A DNA stretch of 64,000 bases from an uncultured Bdellovibrionales bacterium. Lineage in GTDB: Bacteria > Patescibacteriota > Minisyncoccia > Moranbacterales > UBA1568. The first letter of the stretch is position 1. Each line of letters starts with the position of its first letter. The translations under genes were made by a program, and so were the position numbers. This document shows, one piece after another, positions 47,315-57,429 of the stretch. The notes beneath the pieces are model-generated. The model was not told where the DNA came from, searched no databases, and saw nothing but the letters and a program-made list of their open reading frames with translations. Where the stretch lies: the NCBI GenBank assembly GCA_964436855.1, contig CAYTED010000002.1:77925-141924 (forward strand), given 5' to 3'.

Positions 47315-47413
47315 ACAAAAGGGAGTATAAAGCGTTTTTCAGGAAGAGTAAACTCTGACGCTTTTCTATGGAAAAGGAAGAAAGATAGAACAAATACCCT
47401 TTTTACCAAGCCC

Positions 47414-48388
47414 CTATTCTTCTTTTGGAAGAAACCCGGATGGAATTGGCTTTGAATTCCGAAGAAAATGAAATACCTCCCGAAGAGAAATTACCGGGAC
47501 CGATATATCAAGTGGTCGCATTTTCGGAAGATTCCACAACGGAATCGATGGCCATTTATGATGCTCGTAGTGATACCACGTATAGTGCGGGAGAAAAAAA
47601 TACCGTGAAAGTTTTCCCGCAGAAAATCGATGTGTGCCTCGTATTCCTACGTGCTCGGTCCAGATTCGTAACCGGAAAACCGCAAAAAATGTCGTAAGGA
47701 GTGAAATAAGCCAGAGTCCAAGTACCCAAACAATATCGTTCCTGTACGCTATAATCGCTACAATCCCCCAGAAAATCACTACTTTCAACATTATAGCCGC
47801 TCCATTTTTCTTGGAACAAAATAAATGATCGGTCATTATTTTCCTTACTTCCTCGTCGTTCCCGTTCGTGAAAAATCGCAACAATATCTTCCGCTTGTAC
47901 CAGAGAACGCCGATACCGGAACAATCAAGTATTACCGTTCCGAAAATTTTCCAACCGGAAACCGGCACATCCCATGCCGGCGCACTCCATTGTTTTTGAC
48001 TTAATTCCGGATCTTGTTCCGTACCGACAAACCGATGGTGTCGAAAATGAAAATCACGATAAGACTGCAAATTTCCAAACAACGGCCAAAAGCACAAAAA
48101 TTCCGTAAGAAAATCATTCCATCCGCGATGATTCGTAATGAGCGAGTGCGCTCCATCGTGCGCAAGAACACCGAGCGCGTGCTGTCGCGTCCCGATTATG
48201 ATCGCCGCAAGACAAAATCCCCACCATGTCCATACCCACCCGGCAAACACAAACGCCCCAACGATAAAAGCCCAATCAAGCAGCGCATTTCCAAGCCACC
48301 GAAACGGAGATTTCTTTCCATATCGGGCCAACGCGATTTCAATATGTTCCGGAGGATTCATACTGAATCCAGTATACAGCACAATCAA
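47414..48388 (-). CDS. Fatty-acid desaturase family membrane protein
   Basis: Three His boxes (HDGAH, HFRHH, HYEHH) in a 4-TM protein. The start overlaps the ABC-F stop by 4 nt. Confidence 0.75.
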   Translation of the reverse strand: MIVLYTGFSMNPPEHIEIALARYGKKSPFRWLGNALLDWAFIVGAFVFAGWVWTWWGFCLAAIIIGTRQHALGVLAHDGAHSLITNHRGWNDFLTEFLCFWPLFGNLQSYRDFHFRHHRFVGTEQDPELSQKQWSAPAWDVPVSGWKIFGTVILDCSGIGVLWYKRKILLRFFTNGNDEEVRKIMTDHLFCSKKNGAAIMLKVVIFWGIVAIIAYRNDIVWVLGLWLISLLTTFFAVFRLRIWTEHVGIRGTHRFSAGKLSRYFFLPHYTWYHYEHHKWPSIPLWNLPKMRPLDISVPVISLREVFHFLRNSKPIPSGFLPKEE

Positions 48389-50091
48389 ATCTTTCCAATG
48401 CGGCGGAGGAAATTGGTCGCTTGTTTATCCGCGGAAGCTTCAAGATTGGCAATATACGCTTCCCGATCGGAGATCTTTCGGACGGAATTTCCTTCAAAAA
48501 GATACGCGGTATCGATTTTGGTTCGATCAAGAAACGCGCGATCGTGAGAAACAAGAATGATCGTTCCCGGATATTTTTCGAGCGCGTCTTCAAGCGCCAT
48601 CACCGCTTCGGTATCGAGGTGATTCGTCGGCTCATCGAGAAGAAGAGTGTTCATTCCTTGCGCCACCATCATCGCGATTGAAAGTCGGGCGCGTTCTCCC
48701 GGACTCAATCGACCGATCGGCGCATCGATTGTTTCCGGATCAAATTGAAACTCGCGAAGAAAAATCCCCACCTCACCATTTGTTTCAAAGAGCGTTTCAG
48801 CGAGGAACCATTCGATCGCTGTTTTCGCAAATGGAAGATTCGACTGCAATTGATCGAATTCACCGATACGAATATTTTCGCCACGAACTATTTCTCCCGA
48901 AAGAAGCGGACTCACCCCCGCGATCGATTTCAAAAGCGTCGATTTTCCCGATCCGTTCAGGCCGAGAAACGCGATTCGCGATCCGAATTTCACCTGAAAA
49001 GAAACCGGACCAATTGTAAATCCACTCGTATATCCGGCCACCGCTTTTTTCAGCGCGAGAGTCGCCTGTTTGATTGTCGACACATTGAAATACAGATGAA
49101 ACGGATTTCGTTCAAGCGGCAGTTTCGTTTTCTCCGATTTCACGCTCCGCGTCGCAAGCGCCTTTGCGGTCGCTCCGTGTTTCCGTTCCGATCGGTTTCG
49201 ATGATAGCCTTGCGACATTTTATCTTTGTCCGGCATCACCATTTCCCCGCCGATCCTCGCCCATTCTTTTTTCGTATCCGAACTGTCGCGGAGACGGAGT
49301 TTTTCTTTCTGCTCCTTTTCGTACAATTCTTTTTCGTGCAACCGTTTTTCTTCGCGATTCTTCCAATACGTACTCCAATTTCCCGCCCACGCTTCGATCC
49401 CGCGCGAAAACCACTCGATCTCGAACACTTTTGTTACAATCGCATCAAGAAATTTCCGATCGTGTGAAGCTATGAGAATCGTCGCGTCGCTCTCGGCGAG
49501 GTACCGTTCAAGAAAAAGCAGAGCCGGCAGATCAAGGTTGTTCGTCGGCTCATCGAGAAACAAAATATCCGCGCCGGAGAGAATCACCGCCGCAAGGTTC
49601 ACTTTCGCTCGCTCGCCGCCCGAGAGTGTTCGAAATGGACGATCGAGTTCAATATGCCGCAGAAACAATCCATCAAGCATCCGTCGCACGCGATCCTCAA
49701 ATGAAAACTGTGTGATACGTCGAAGATCCTCGGCAAGCCGATCGTATTCAAAGAGCGCATCCTTATCGTCAAGACGCGACTCAAGCAATTTCATCCGCCA
49801 CTCGATACGTCCCACACCCGTCGCTTCGCGCAAGAATTCGAGTACGGTTCCTTCTTGCGAATCCGAGAGCGCCGGCTCCTGCGGGAGGTACCCGACGAGA
49901 GCGCGCTTCGGCATCTCAATCTCTCCGCGATCCGCCGACTCAATGCCGGCAAGGATCTTGAGGAGCGTCGATTTCCCGACGCCGTTCGGTCCGACAAGCG
50001 CGATTTTCTGTCCTTTTCCAATCGAAAAATTCACCTTATTTAAGATGATTTTTCCTCCAAGTGTTTTTCGTACATTTCGAATGGTAATCAT
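48385..50091 (-). CDS. ABC-F family ATPase (two tandem NBDs, no TM domain)
   Basis: Two Walker A motifs (GPNGVGKST, GLNGSGKST), two LSGGE signatures and an inter-domain linker with a charged arm. Confidence 0.9.
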   Translation of the reverse strand: MITIRNVRKTLGGKIILNKVNFSIGKGQKIALVGPNGVGKSTLLKILAGIESADRGEIEMPKRALVGYLPQEPALSDSQEGTVLEFLREATGVGRIEWRMKLLESRLDDKDALFEYDRLAEDLRRITQFSFEDRVRRMLDGLFLRHIELDRPFRTLSGGERAKVNLAAVILSGADILFLDEPTNNLDLPALLFLERYLAESDATILIASHDRKFLDAIVTKVFEIEWFSRGIEAWAGNWSTYWKNREEKRLHEKELYEKEQKEKLRLRDSSDTKKEWARIGGEMVMPDKDKMSQGYHRNRSERKHGATAKALATRSVKSEKTKLPLERNPFHLYFNVSTIKQATLALKKAVAGYTSGFTIGPVSFQVKFGSRIAFLGLNGSGKSTLLKSIAGVSPLLSGEIVRGENIRIGEFDQLQSNLPFAKTAIEWFLAETLFETNGEVGIFLREFQFDPETIDAPIGRLSPGERARLSIAMMVAQGMNTLLLDEPTNHLDTEAVMALEDALEKYPGTIILVSHDRAFLDRTKIDTAYLFEGNSVRKISDREAYIANLEASADKQATNFLRRIGKI

Positions 50092-50146
50092 ATTGGAAGA
50101 AGGGGTGAGAAGTGAAAATTGAGAAACCTTGAGTTACGAAACTCCT

Positions 50147-50236
50147 ATTATTGTCATCCCGAGCGATAGTCGAGGGATCTCGAACCGCCTCTCCAGCTCA
50201 AGAGATTCCTCCACTCGAAGACTCGGTCGGAATGAC
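50147..50236. repeat. Long imperfect palindrome upstream of the ABC-F gene
   Basis: Arm attgtcatcccgagcgatagtcgagggatctc and the reverse complement of gagattcctccactcgaagactcggtcggaatgacaat, around a roughly 25-nt centre. About 55 nt upstream of the ABC-F start. Confidence 0.4.
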
Positions 50237-50310
50237 AATCTTGGGGAGTTTCATAATTTAAAGTGAGAAAATATCGAATTTGAAAATTGTGCCATAAAAA
50301 AGAAAAAATG

Positions 50311-50349
50311 GCAAGAAAAAACGCCCGAGGAAGTTGCCTTCCTTGGGCG
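50311..50349 (-). terminator. Rho-independent terminator after the lipoprotein gene
   Basis: Hairpin cgcccgaggaag-ttgc-cttccttgggcg, followed on the minus strand by a T-run. Confidence 0.55.
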
Positions 50350-50366
50350 CGAGCGTTCTCATCTGG

Positions 50367-50879
50367 TTACAACCAGCGCAAACGCCAGTGCTTCCTGATA
50401 AGAACTTCGACCGGTGTCGTCGTCTCACCGATCGAAATTCGACCCGGCTCTATCCGGTGAACCGGCCAGACACCACACGGCTCGCCGTGGTAGGTTACCA
50501 GCGCGTGCGCGCCGATTTCGCCAATTTTCGCAACGATAACCTTCACACCAAACTTTCCGCCTTCGAATCTGACGAGAAGGACTTTCTTCCCCATCTCCTT
50601 TGCAATTCCTGCGACAGAAGCGAGGAAATCCTTTTCCGAAACGAATCGTAATGGCCCTTTTTCGAAAGCGCCACGATTGAGCTCTTCCCATGAGAGCTCC
50701 CAACCAGTCACGTCGTTCCGGAGTACCATTGCTGTCGTGTATGGTGTGAGGTCGTCGATGTACGCCTCACACTGCCGATGCAGCGCAAACGACGGATCCT
50801 CGACTTTCTTCGGCGGCGTCGCGCAGCCGAAGAGACCGATTAAAACCACGAGAAACAACGAAACGAAGCGAGTCATCAT
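50367..50879 (-). CDS. Hypothetical lipoprotein
   Basis: Start MMTRFVSLFLVVLIGLFGC with lipobox LFGC and a GAGGGGGG SD-like sequence upstream. The ORF-track start (50993) is an unlikely N-terminal extension. Confidence 0.55.
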   Translation of the reverse strand: MMTRFVSLFLVVLIGLFGCATPPKKVEDPSFALHRQCEAYIDDLTPYTTAMVLRNDVTGWELSWEELNRGAFEKGPLRFVSEKDFLASVAGIAKEMGKKVLLVRFEGGKFGVKVIVAKIGEIGAHALVTYHGEPCGVWPVHRIEPGRISIGETTTPVEVLIRKHWRLRWL

Positions 50880-50973
50880 GCTAGCCCCCCTCAAAAAGGT
50901 TGAAGAACAAAAAAAACCGTGATTGACACGGTTTTCCATTATATCACCAAAGTGTGTTTTTGTCAAATACTCC

Positions 50974-51216
50974 CTACTGGAGCGATTCCTCAACCTCGGG
51001 CCAGAGACGTTCGATATCTTGCTGGATAGTCGTCAAGTCTTCGTGTTTTGTGAGCTCGCCAAGTTCGAGTTTCTCCTGAATCAAATCCTCGACAAGATCG
51101 ATCCATTCGTCATACGACTGGATACCATGATCGATCGCGCGGGTCTTCGCTTCTTCAAACAAATTCCGCACAAAGGTATCGTTCGGGTCCGGAATGTGAA
51201 GCTCTTCATCGGTCAT
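50974..51216 (-). CDS. Small acidic hypothetical protein
   Basis: 80-aa ORF, Glu/Asp-rich. No motif recognised. Confidence 0.35.
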   Translation of the reverse strand: MTDEELHIPDPNDTFVRNLFEEAKTRAIDHGIQSYDEWIDLVEDLIQEKLELGELTKHEDLTTIQQDIERLWPEVEESLQ

Positions 51217-51287
51217 ATGTTTTTTTCATCTCATTATTTCTTTTCCGTCAAAATAATACTCCTGAACAAAAAAAGTGGCAAGAGAAA

Positions 51288-51839
51288 TTAATGCTTCCCC
51301 GCGGATCGGAGAAATTTTTCGGTCTCGCGAAGCACGCGCTTCGCATTTTTGAATGTAATTTTTTCAATCGCCTCTTCGTACGGAAGCCAGCAATACTCAC
51401 CGTGTTCGTGCGAGAGAACGATATCTTCTCCAAGCGCCCGCGCTGGATAAAAATACGCTCGCTTGAAAATCCACGTCCCGCGCCCTTCCCTTTTTCGTCG
51501 CTCTTCCTCCGCTCCGCGCGCTCGATAAAAAAACCGGTTTTCCGTGCGAAACGGAAACACCTCGATACCCTTTACACCGGTTTCTTCGAAAACTTCCCGC
51601 CGCAGTGTCTCCTCTTCGGTCTCATTCCCCTCCACGTGTCCGCGCGGAAATTCATAGTGTCCGCTCGGATACCGCAGAAGAAGGTACTTCCGCCCCTCTG
51701 ACGCATCCAAAAAAAGCACCGCGCCTACGGATTTTTCCCACTCCGCGGGAACACCGAGCAGTTTGAGTAATGAGTACACCGGCTTCAAAACAGGAAGTTT
51801 CATATGCTTCATTTTCGCATACTTCGAAAATTTGGACAA
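51288..51839 (-). CDS. NUDIX hydrolase
   Basis: Nudix box GHVEGNETEEETLRREVFEETG (Gx5Ex7REUxEExGU). Confidence 0.8.
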   Translation of the reverse strand: MSKFSKYAKMKHMKLPVLKPVYSLLKLLGVPAEWEKSVGAVLFLDASEGRKYLLLRYPSGHYEFPRGHVEGNETEEETLRREVFEETGVKGIEVFPFRTENRFFYRARGAEEERRKREGRGTWIFKRAYFYPARALGEDIVLSHEHGEYCWLPYEEAIEKITFKNAKRVLRETEKFLRSAGKH

Positions 51840-51887
51840 AGGATCGCTTCACTGATATAATCCAAAATCTTTTATCGCACAAAAACC

Positions 51888-53951
51888 ATGACCATTTCCC
51901 ACCGACTCTTCTCGGCAGTCGTGAAATTTGCCAAGGAAGTTTTCTTTATTGGAACCCTTCTTTCCCTCGGAACGCTCGCCGGACTCTCGCTTGTCTATTT
52001 TTTCGGAACGGCTGATATTGAAAGTCCAGACTCTTACCCCGAACACGAAACGACATTTCTTCTCGACCGCACGGGAGAGCATATTCTCTATCGTCTCTAC
52101 GACGAAGAAAACCGCCGGATTCTTTCCCATACAGACATTCCGAATTCAATGCGGCTCACCACTATCGCAACGGAAGACGACGCTTTTTTCAAACACTTCG
52201 GTATCGACCCGCTTGCCATGCTCCGCGCCCTTTCGGTCAATATCAAGCAAGGAGCTATCGAGCAGGGCGGATCAACTCTCACCCAACAACTTGCTCGCAA
52301 TCTTTTTCTCACGCGCGAACGAACATGGGATCGGAAAATCAAAGAAATGTTTCTCGCGCTCAAAATAGAACGACGGTTTTCAAAAAACGAAATTCTTGAT
52401 CTCTACTTGAATGCCGTCCCCTACGGCTCCAATGCCTATGGCATCGAAGCCGCCGCGGAAACTTTTTTCGGGAAACACGCTCGGGAGCTCACAATAGACG
52501 AATGTGCTCTTCTTGCCGTACTTCCAAGCGCACCAAGCTACTTTTCCCCCTACGGCAACCACACCGACGAACTCAAACAACATCAGCGCCTCACGCTCGA
52601 CAAAATGCACCGTGAACGCTTCATTTCCGAAGAAGAATACCTACGGGCGACCGGTCGCGACACCCTTGCCTTTATCACTCCGCGAATCGATTCGATTCTC
52701 GCGCCGCATTTCGTTTTTGCCGTTATCGACGAACTCCTGAAAAAATACGACGAAGAAACACTACGGACCGCCGGACTGCACGTTCGCACCACGCTCGACA
52801 TCGAATTACAAACGAAAGCCGAACGAATTGTTCGTGAAGGCGCCGCAAAAAATCTTTCCCGCCGCGCGGAAAATGCCGCCCTCGTCGCGCTTGACCCGAA
52901 GACAAGCGAAGTACTCGTTATGGTCGGTTCCAAAGATTACTTCGCAAGAGATATCGATGGAAATGTAAACGTCACGCTTCGAGCGCGGCAACCCGGATCC
53001 GCCTTCAAGCCGTTCGTCTATGCGACTGCTTTTGAAAAAGGATTCGAACCGGAAAGTCTCGTGCTTGATTCGCCGAAAAATTTCGGCCCCGACGGTTCCG
53101 GTCGCGATTATATTCCGCAAAATTACGATGGAAAATCACATGGCCTCCTCACGTTCCGACAAGCACTCGCAATGTCGCTCAATATCCCCGCGGTCAAAGT
53201 ACTCGAGCGCGTCGGCGTTCGGGACGCAGTCAATCTCGCTACACGACTCGGTATTACCACGCTCGATAAACCCGAACGATACGGGCTGTCCCTTGTTTTG
53301 GGTGGCGCCGATGTGAAACCGCTCGAAATGGCAAGCGCGTTTTCCGTTTTCGGACAGGAGGGAATCAAACGACCAATCGGATTTATCAAAGAAATCCGCG
53401 GGCGCGACAAGAAACTCCTTTTTGAAAAACCGACTGTTGAAGAACGCGTCCTCGACTCGGAAGTCGCCCGTCGTATCAATTCGATTCTTTCCGACAATGC
53501 CGCGCGCACACCAATTTTCGGACCGCGAAGTCCGCTTGCTTTTCCATCCGGCGTACAGGTCGCCGCCAAAACCGGAACGACGCAAAATTTTCGCGATGCA
53601 TGGACAGTCGGTTATACCGAGTCAATCGCTGCTGCGGTATGGGTCGGCAATAATGATTTCTCGCCGATGCTCGCCGGTTCGGACGGTATTTTTGTCGCCG
53701 CACCCATTTGGCGCGCTTTTCTCAATGAAGCATTGAAAAAATTTCCTGAAACCACTTTTGCCGCCTACGCACCAAAAATAATCAAACGTGAAACTACGCT
53801 TGAATCGCCGGAAAAGAAAATCATCTATATCGATAAAAGAACCGGAAAAATTCTTTCTCCGGAAGACGCTCAAAAACGAAAGAAAAAGAACGTGGAAAAA
53901 GTGGAAATCGATCCGTTTGCCGATGAATCCGAATCGGGTCAAAATTTGTAA
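51888..53951 (+). CDS. Class A penicillin-binding protein (PBP1A-type bifunctional transglycosylase/transpeptidase)
   Basis: N-terminal TM. GT51 motifs (EDDAFFKHFGID, GGSTLTQQLAR). Transpeptidase motifs SAFKPF (SxxK) and KTGTT. Confidence 0.9.
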   Translation: MTISHRLFSAVVKFAKEVFFIGTLLSLGTLAGLSLVYFFGTADIESPDSYPEHETTFLLDRTGEHILYRLYDEENRRILSHTDIPNSMRLTTIATEDDAFFKHFGIDPLAMLRALSVNIKQGAIEQGGSTLTQQLARNLFLTRERTWDRKIKEMFLALKIERRFSKNEILDLYLNAVPYGSNAYGIEAAAETFFGKHARELTIDECALLAVLPSAPSYFSPYGNHTDELKQHQRLTLDKMHRERFISEEEYLRATGRDTLAFITPRIDSILAPHFVFAVIDELLKKYDEETLRTAGLHVRTTLDIELQTKAERIVREGAAKNLSRRAENAALVALDPKTSEVLVMVGSKDYFARDIDGNVNVTLRARQPGSAFKPFVYATAFEKGFEPESLVLDSPKNFGPDGSGRDYIPQNYDGKSHGLLTFRQALAMSLNIPAVKVLERVGVRDAVNLATRLGITTLDKPERYGLSLVLGGADVKPLEMASAFSVFGQEGIKRPIGFIKEIRGRDKKLLFEKPTVEERVLDSEVARRINSILSDNAARTPIFGPRSPLAFPSGVQVAAKTGTTQNFRDAWTVGYTESIAAAVWVGNNDFSPMLAGSDGIFVAAPIWRAFLNEALKKFPETTFAAYAPKIIKRETTLESPEKKIIYIDKRTGKILSPEDAQKRKKKNVEKVEIDPFADESESGQNL

Positions 53952-53953
53952 CC

Positions 53954-55210
53954 CTACTCCCTCCGAAGCGCTTCCATCGGAGACAGTTTAGATGCTTTCC
54001 GCGCCGGCGCTATTCCAAAGAGAAGACCGACAGCCATCGAAAATCCCGCACCAAGAAAAAGCGATTTGATTGTGAACACAAGTTTCAAATTGAAACCGAG
54101 ATTTTCAAAAAGCGCCGTTACGCCGACTACCGCCAGCACGCCAAAAAGAATCCCAAGAACACCCCCGATTCCGGTAATGATAATCGCTTCGACGAGAAAC
54201 TGGGCAAGAATACTTGATGATCGCGCTCCGAGGGCTTTTCGCAGACCAATCTCACTTGTTCGTTCCGAGACCGACACATACATCACGTTCATAATTCCCA
54301 CCCCGCCGACAAGAAGCGAAATTGACGTCAGCGAAAGAAGGAGAATCGTGAGCGCACCAAGAACATCGCCAAGCGTTTCTTGCGCTTCTTTTGTCGATGT
54401 AACGGAAAAATCATCTTTTTTCGGATCATCGATATCGTGCCGATTGCGCATAAGAGCGACAATATCCGCGACCGTATTCGCATCCTTCGTTCCATCCTTC
54501 ATTTTCACCGAAATCATTTGCACATAATCGATTCCGAGAATTTTCGAGAGAAGTGTTTCGACGGGAACATAGGTCATCGCGTCAAGATTGAAAAATGCGG
54601 CCGTTCCACGCGATTCGATCACGCCGATAACGCGATATTTTTCCCCTTTGATGGTAATCATTTCCCCAATCGCATCGCCTTTCCCGAAAAAAGTTTCCTT
54701 GGTTTCCAAACCAAGCACCGCAACGCGAGCAAGACTCTTATCCTCTTCGTCGGTAAAAAATCGTCCCGCGGAAAGCTTGATATTTTCATCGACAAGCGGC
54801 GCTTCGGCATTCGTCCCGAAGAGGAGAATCCGCTTTCCAACCGACCCGTATGTCGCACGCTCTTGACCGATCGTTCCCGCATACGCCGCCTCAACATTCG
54901 AGAGTTTCGTGATCGCATCGCGATCCTCCGCGGTCAGCGTGGTAATCTGTGTTCCCTGCGTTCGTCCTCTTGCATTTTCCGACGACATCGTTCCCGTATT
55001 CGGAATCTTCACTTCGACTTGAACGAGATTCGTCCCAAAACTCTCCACCTGTCCCAGGACAAACCCTCGCACCCCTTCCCCAAGCGACATCACGACGACT
55101 ACCGCAAACACACCGATCACCACTCCGAGCAATGCCAAAAACGTCCGCGCCTTGTGTGTCCGGATCGTTTTCATGGCAAAAAAGAAAGATTGGAAATTTT
55201 TTTTACTCAT
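53954..55210 (-). CDS. ABC transporter permease, FtsX/MacB-type
   Basis: N-terminal TM, large extracytoplasmic MacB-PCD-like domain and a C-terminal FtsX 3-TM bundle. Confidence 0.8.
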   Translation of the reverse strand: MSKKNFQSFFFAMKTIRTHKARTFLALLGVVIGVFAVVVVMSLGEGVRGFVLGQVESFGTNLVQVEVKIPNTGTMSSENARGRTQGTQITTLTAEDRDAITKLSNVEAAYAGTIGQERATYGSVGKRILLFGTNAEAPLVDENIKLSAGRFFTDEEDKSLARVAVLGLETKETFFGKGDAIGEMITIKGEKYRVIGVIESRGTAAFFNLDAMTYVPVETLLSKILGIDYVQMISVKMKDGTKDANTVADIVALMRNRHDIDDPKKDDFSVTSTKEAQETLGDVLGALTILLLSLTSISLLVGGVGIMNVMYVSVSERTSEIGLRKALGARSSSILAQFLVEAIIITGIGGVLGILFGVLAVVGVTALFENLGFNLKLVFTIKSLFLGAGFSMAVGLLFGIAPARKASKLSPMEALRRE

Positions 55211-56444
55211 ACCGCAATGCTTCCATCGGGCTTACGCGGGAGGCTTTGAGTGCCGGGTAGAGACCGAAGAGAATACCTATGAGCAAAGAAACGCCAAACC
55301 CAATCAAGATCGACGAAATCGGTACGAGAAATTCCCAATCATAGCCGAGCTTTGGAATAATGAATGACGCGAGAAACGCGAGACCGATACCAAAAAGAAC
55401 TCCGAGAAGCCCGCCGAGAAGCGTTACGAATGATGATTCGATGAGAAACTGCATCAGAATATGATATGGTCGCGCGCCAACAGACTTTCGAAGTCCGATC
55501 TCGCGAATCCGCTGCGACACCGAGATGAGCATCGAATTCATAATACCGATACCACCAACAAGAAGCGAGATCGACGCAATCGCGACGAGAAAATATTTGA
55601 GCACATTGGTCACACTGGTAAGCGCGCCGATCGCCGCCTGCGTATTGCGCACCGAAAAATCCGACTCCTCGCCTTCTTCGATATCGTGTCGATCGCGCAA
55701 AAGAAGCGTGATATCTTCGACCGTCCGATCGACATTTTCCGCGCGATCCACCTTGCCCCGTGCAAAATTGAGATAGTCGATCCCGAGAAGAATTTTTTGC
55801 GCCGTCTCGAGCGGAATGAAGACGAGATTATCCGGATTTGAAAACGCCGTCGACCCGCGTTCCACAAGCACTCCAATCACCTTAAATGGCATTCCTTTCA
55901 CCTTCACGGTTTCCCCTATCGCATTCCGATTCGGAAACAACTCCTTCGCGCGCGTCGCGCCAAGCACGATCACTCGAGAAAGACCACTCTCTTCTTCCGG
56001 AAAAAAGAAACGTCCTTCCGCCACCTCGATTGATTCCACTTCAATCATCGACGGCGACACTCCTTGGTAGCTCATCTCAAATGATTCCGTTGCCGACTCC
56101 ACTGCCGCAGACCCACTCACGTATCCGGATACCGCAAGAAGATGCGGGACATTTCGACGTTCACGAATCGCTTTCAAATCGTCATTTTTCAGCGCAGTCG
56201 AAACAATGCCAAATGCCTGCGCCGGCGGCCCGTCTTCTTCCGAAGCGCCCGGCAAAATCCCGACCAAGTTCGATCCGACTTTTTCAATCTGCGAAAGAAT
56301 GAGCCGCTGCGCGCTTGCTCCGATCGCATTGACAAGAATCACCGCCGCGACACCAATAACAATACCAAGTACCGTCAAAAGAAACCTTGTCTTCGACGCC
56401 GTAAGAGACCGATAGGAAATTTTGAGAGGATCGGAAAATTTCAT
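55203..56444 (-). CDS. ABC transporter permease, FtsX/MacB-type (second copy)
   Basis: Same architecture as the gene at 53954..55210. Overlaps it by 8 nt. Confidence 0.8.
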   Translation of the reverse strand: MKFSDPLKISYRSLTASKTRFLLTVLGIVIGVAAVILVNAIGASAQRLILSQIEKVGSNLVGILPGASEEDGPPAQAFGIVSTALKNDDLKAIRERRNVPHLLAVSGYVSGSAAVESATESFEMSYQGVSPSMIEVESIEVAEGRFFFPEEESGLSRVIVLGATRAKELFPNRNAIGETVKVKGMPFKVIGVLVERGSTAFSNPDNLVFIPLETAQKILLGIDYLNFARGKVDRAENVDRTVEDITLLLRDRHDIEEGEESDFSVRNTQAAIGALTSVTNVLKYFLVAIASISLLVGGIGIMNSMLISVSQRIREIGLRKSVGARPYHILMQFLIESSFVTLLGGLLGVLFGIGLAFLASFIIPKLGYDWEFLVPISSILIGFGVSLLIGILFGLYPALKASRVSPMEALRYE

Positions 56445-56445
56445 T

Positions 56446-57177
56446 CTACTTCAGCAATTCATCTTCACCCTGCGCAAAACGACGATTTGCAATCGATATA
56501 TCTTCCACGATTCGACCGTCTTTCATCCGGAGCATTCTTTTTCCGTGTTCGGCCGTAAAAGTTTCGTGTGTGACGAGTACAATGGTTCGTCCGGCAGTAT
56601 TCAATTGCTGCAAAATTCGCATTACCTGAAGACCGGACTTGGAATCGAGGTTGCCGGTTGGTTCATCGGCGAAAATAATTTCCGGATCGTTCACGAGCGC
56701 ACGGGCGATCGCGACGCGCTGTTTCTCTCCACCGGAAAGCTGATTGGAAAAGTAAGCGGCACGATGCGAAAGCCCCACCGCCTCAAGCGCCGCCCTTACC
56801 CGCGCGTCGTTTGATTCCAGTATGTCATCATCATATAGGAGTGGAAGCTCGACATTTTCGAAGACGGTCGTTTTCGGCAAGAGATTGAATGCCTGAAAAA
56901 CGAAACCGATTTTCTTATTGCGCAATCTCGCAAGCTCATCATCTGAAAATTTACTCACATCTTTCCCCTCCAAGAGATATTCACCACCAGTTGGCCGATC
57001 AAGGAGTCCAAGGAGTTGCATCAGGGTTGACTTTCCCGATCCGGACGGGCCCATAATCGAGATAAACTCGCCTTTTTCAATATTGAAAGTCGCGTCATCG
57101 AGCGCGCGAGTTTCCACACCCTCATTGGCATATACCTTCTCGAGATTTTTGACGGACAGCAAAATCATAGTCGACAT
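56446..57177 (-). CDS. ABC transporter ATP-binding protein (MacB/LolD-type)
   Basis: Walker [10 protein letters not shown], signature [14 protein letters not shown], Walker [13 protein letters not shown]. The start is the internal Met MSTMILLS with GGAG upstream. The 79-aa extension in the ORF-track frame is rejected. Confidence 0.85.
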   Translation of the reverse strand: MSTMILLSVKNLEKVYANEGVETRALDDATFNIEKGEFISIMGPSGSGKSTLMQLLGLLDRPTGGEYLLEGKDVSKFSDDELARLRNKKIGFVFQAFNLLPKTTVFENVELPLLYDDDILESNDARVRAALEAVGLSHRAAYFSNQLSGGEKQRVAIARALVNDPEIIFADEPTGNLDSKSGLQVMRILQQLNTAGRTIVLVTHETFTAEHGKRMLRMKDGRIVEDISIANRRFAQGEDELLK

Positions 57178-57429
57178 TTCTTTTCTCCAGTATCTTTCGG
57201 GGTGATGAGGTGTTCCTGATCGAAGAGCTTCTCTGCATATTCGATCTGAGCGGGAATGAGGGTTTCTTGGATGGAATGGAGAAGTGATTCCGTCTCTCCT
57301 TTCAATCTCCATGCTTCGGTGTGGTTTCTTGAGAGAGTCGCTTGGATGATGGTCTCCTTGAAAGATGCCTGCTTGAGGGAGAGCTGATCGAGAGGGGATT
57401 TGAGGTGGGGGCAATTGAGGGGCATGGGG

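Noticed and set aside
50185-50215. tRNA-like T-arm (GGTTCGAGATCC) inside the ABC-F leader palindrome
   Set aside because: No acceptor or anticodon arms can be built around it. It is part of the long hairpin rather than a tRNA.
56446-57414. ORF-track start giving a 79-aa Pro/His/Arg-rich N-terminal extension on the ABC ATPase
   Set aside because: The ATPase family N-terminus ([13 protein letters not shown]) begins at an internal Met, which has a GGAG SD. The extension has no coding character and overlaps the adaptor gene region.
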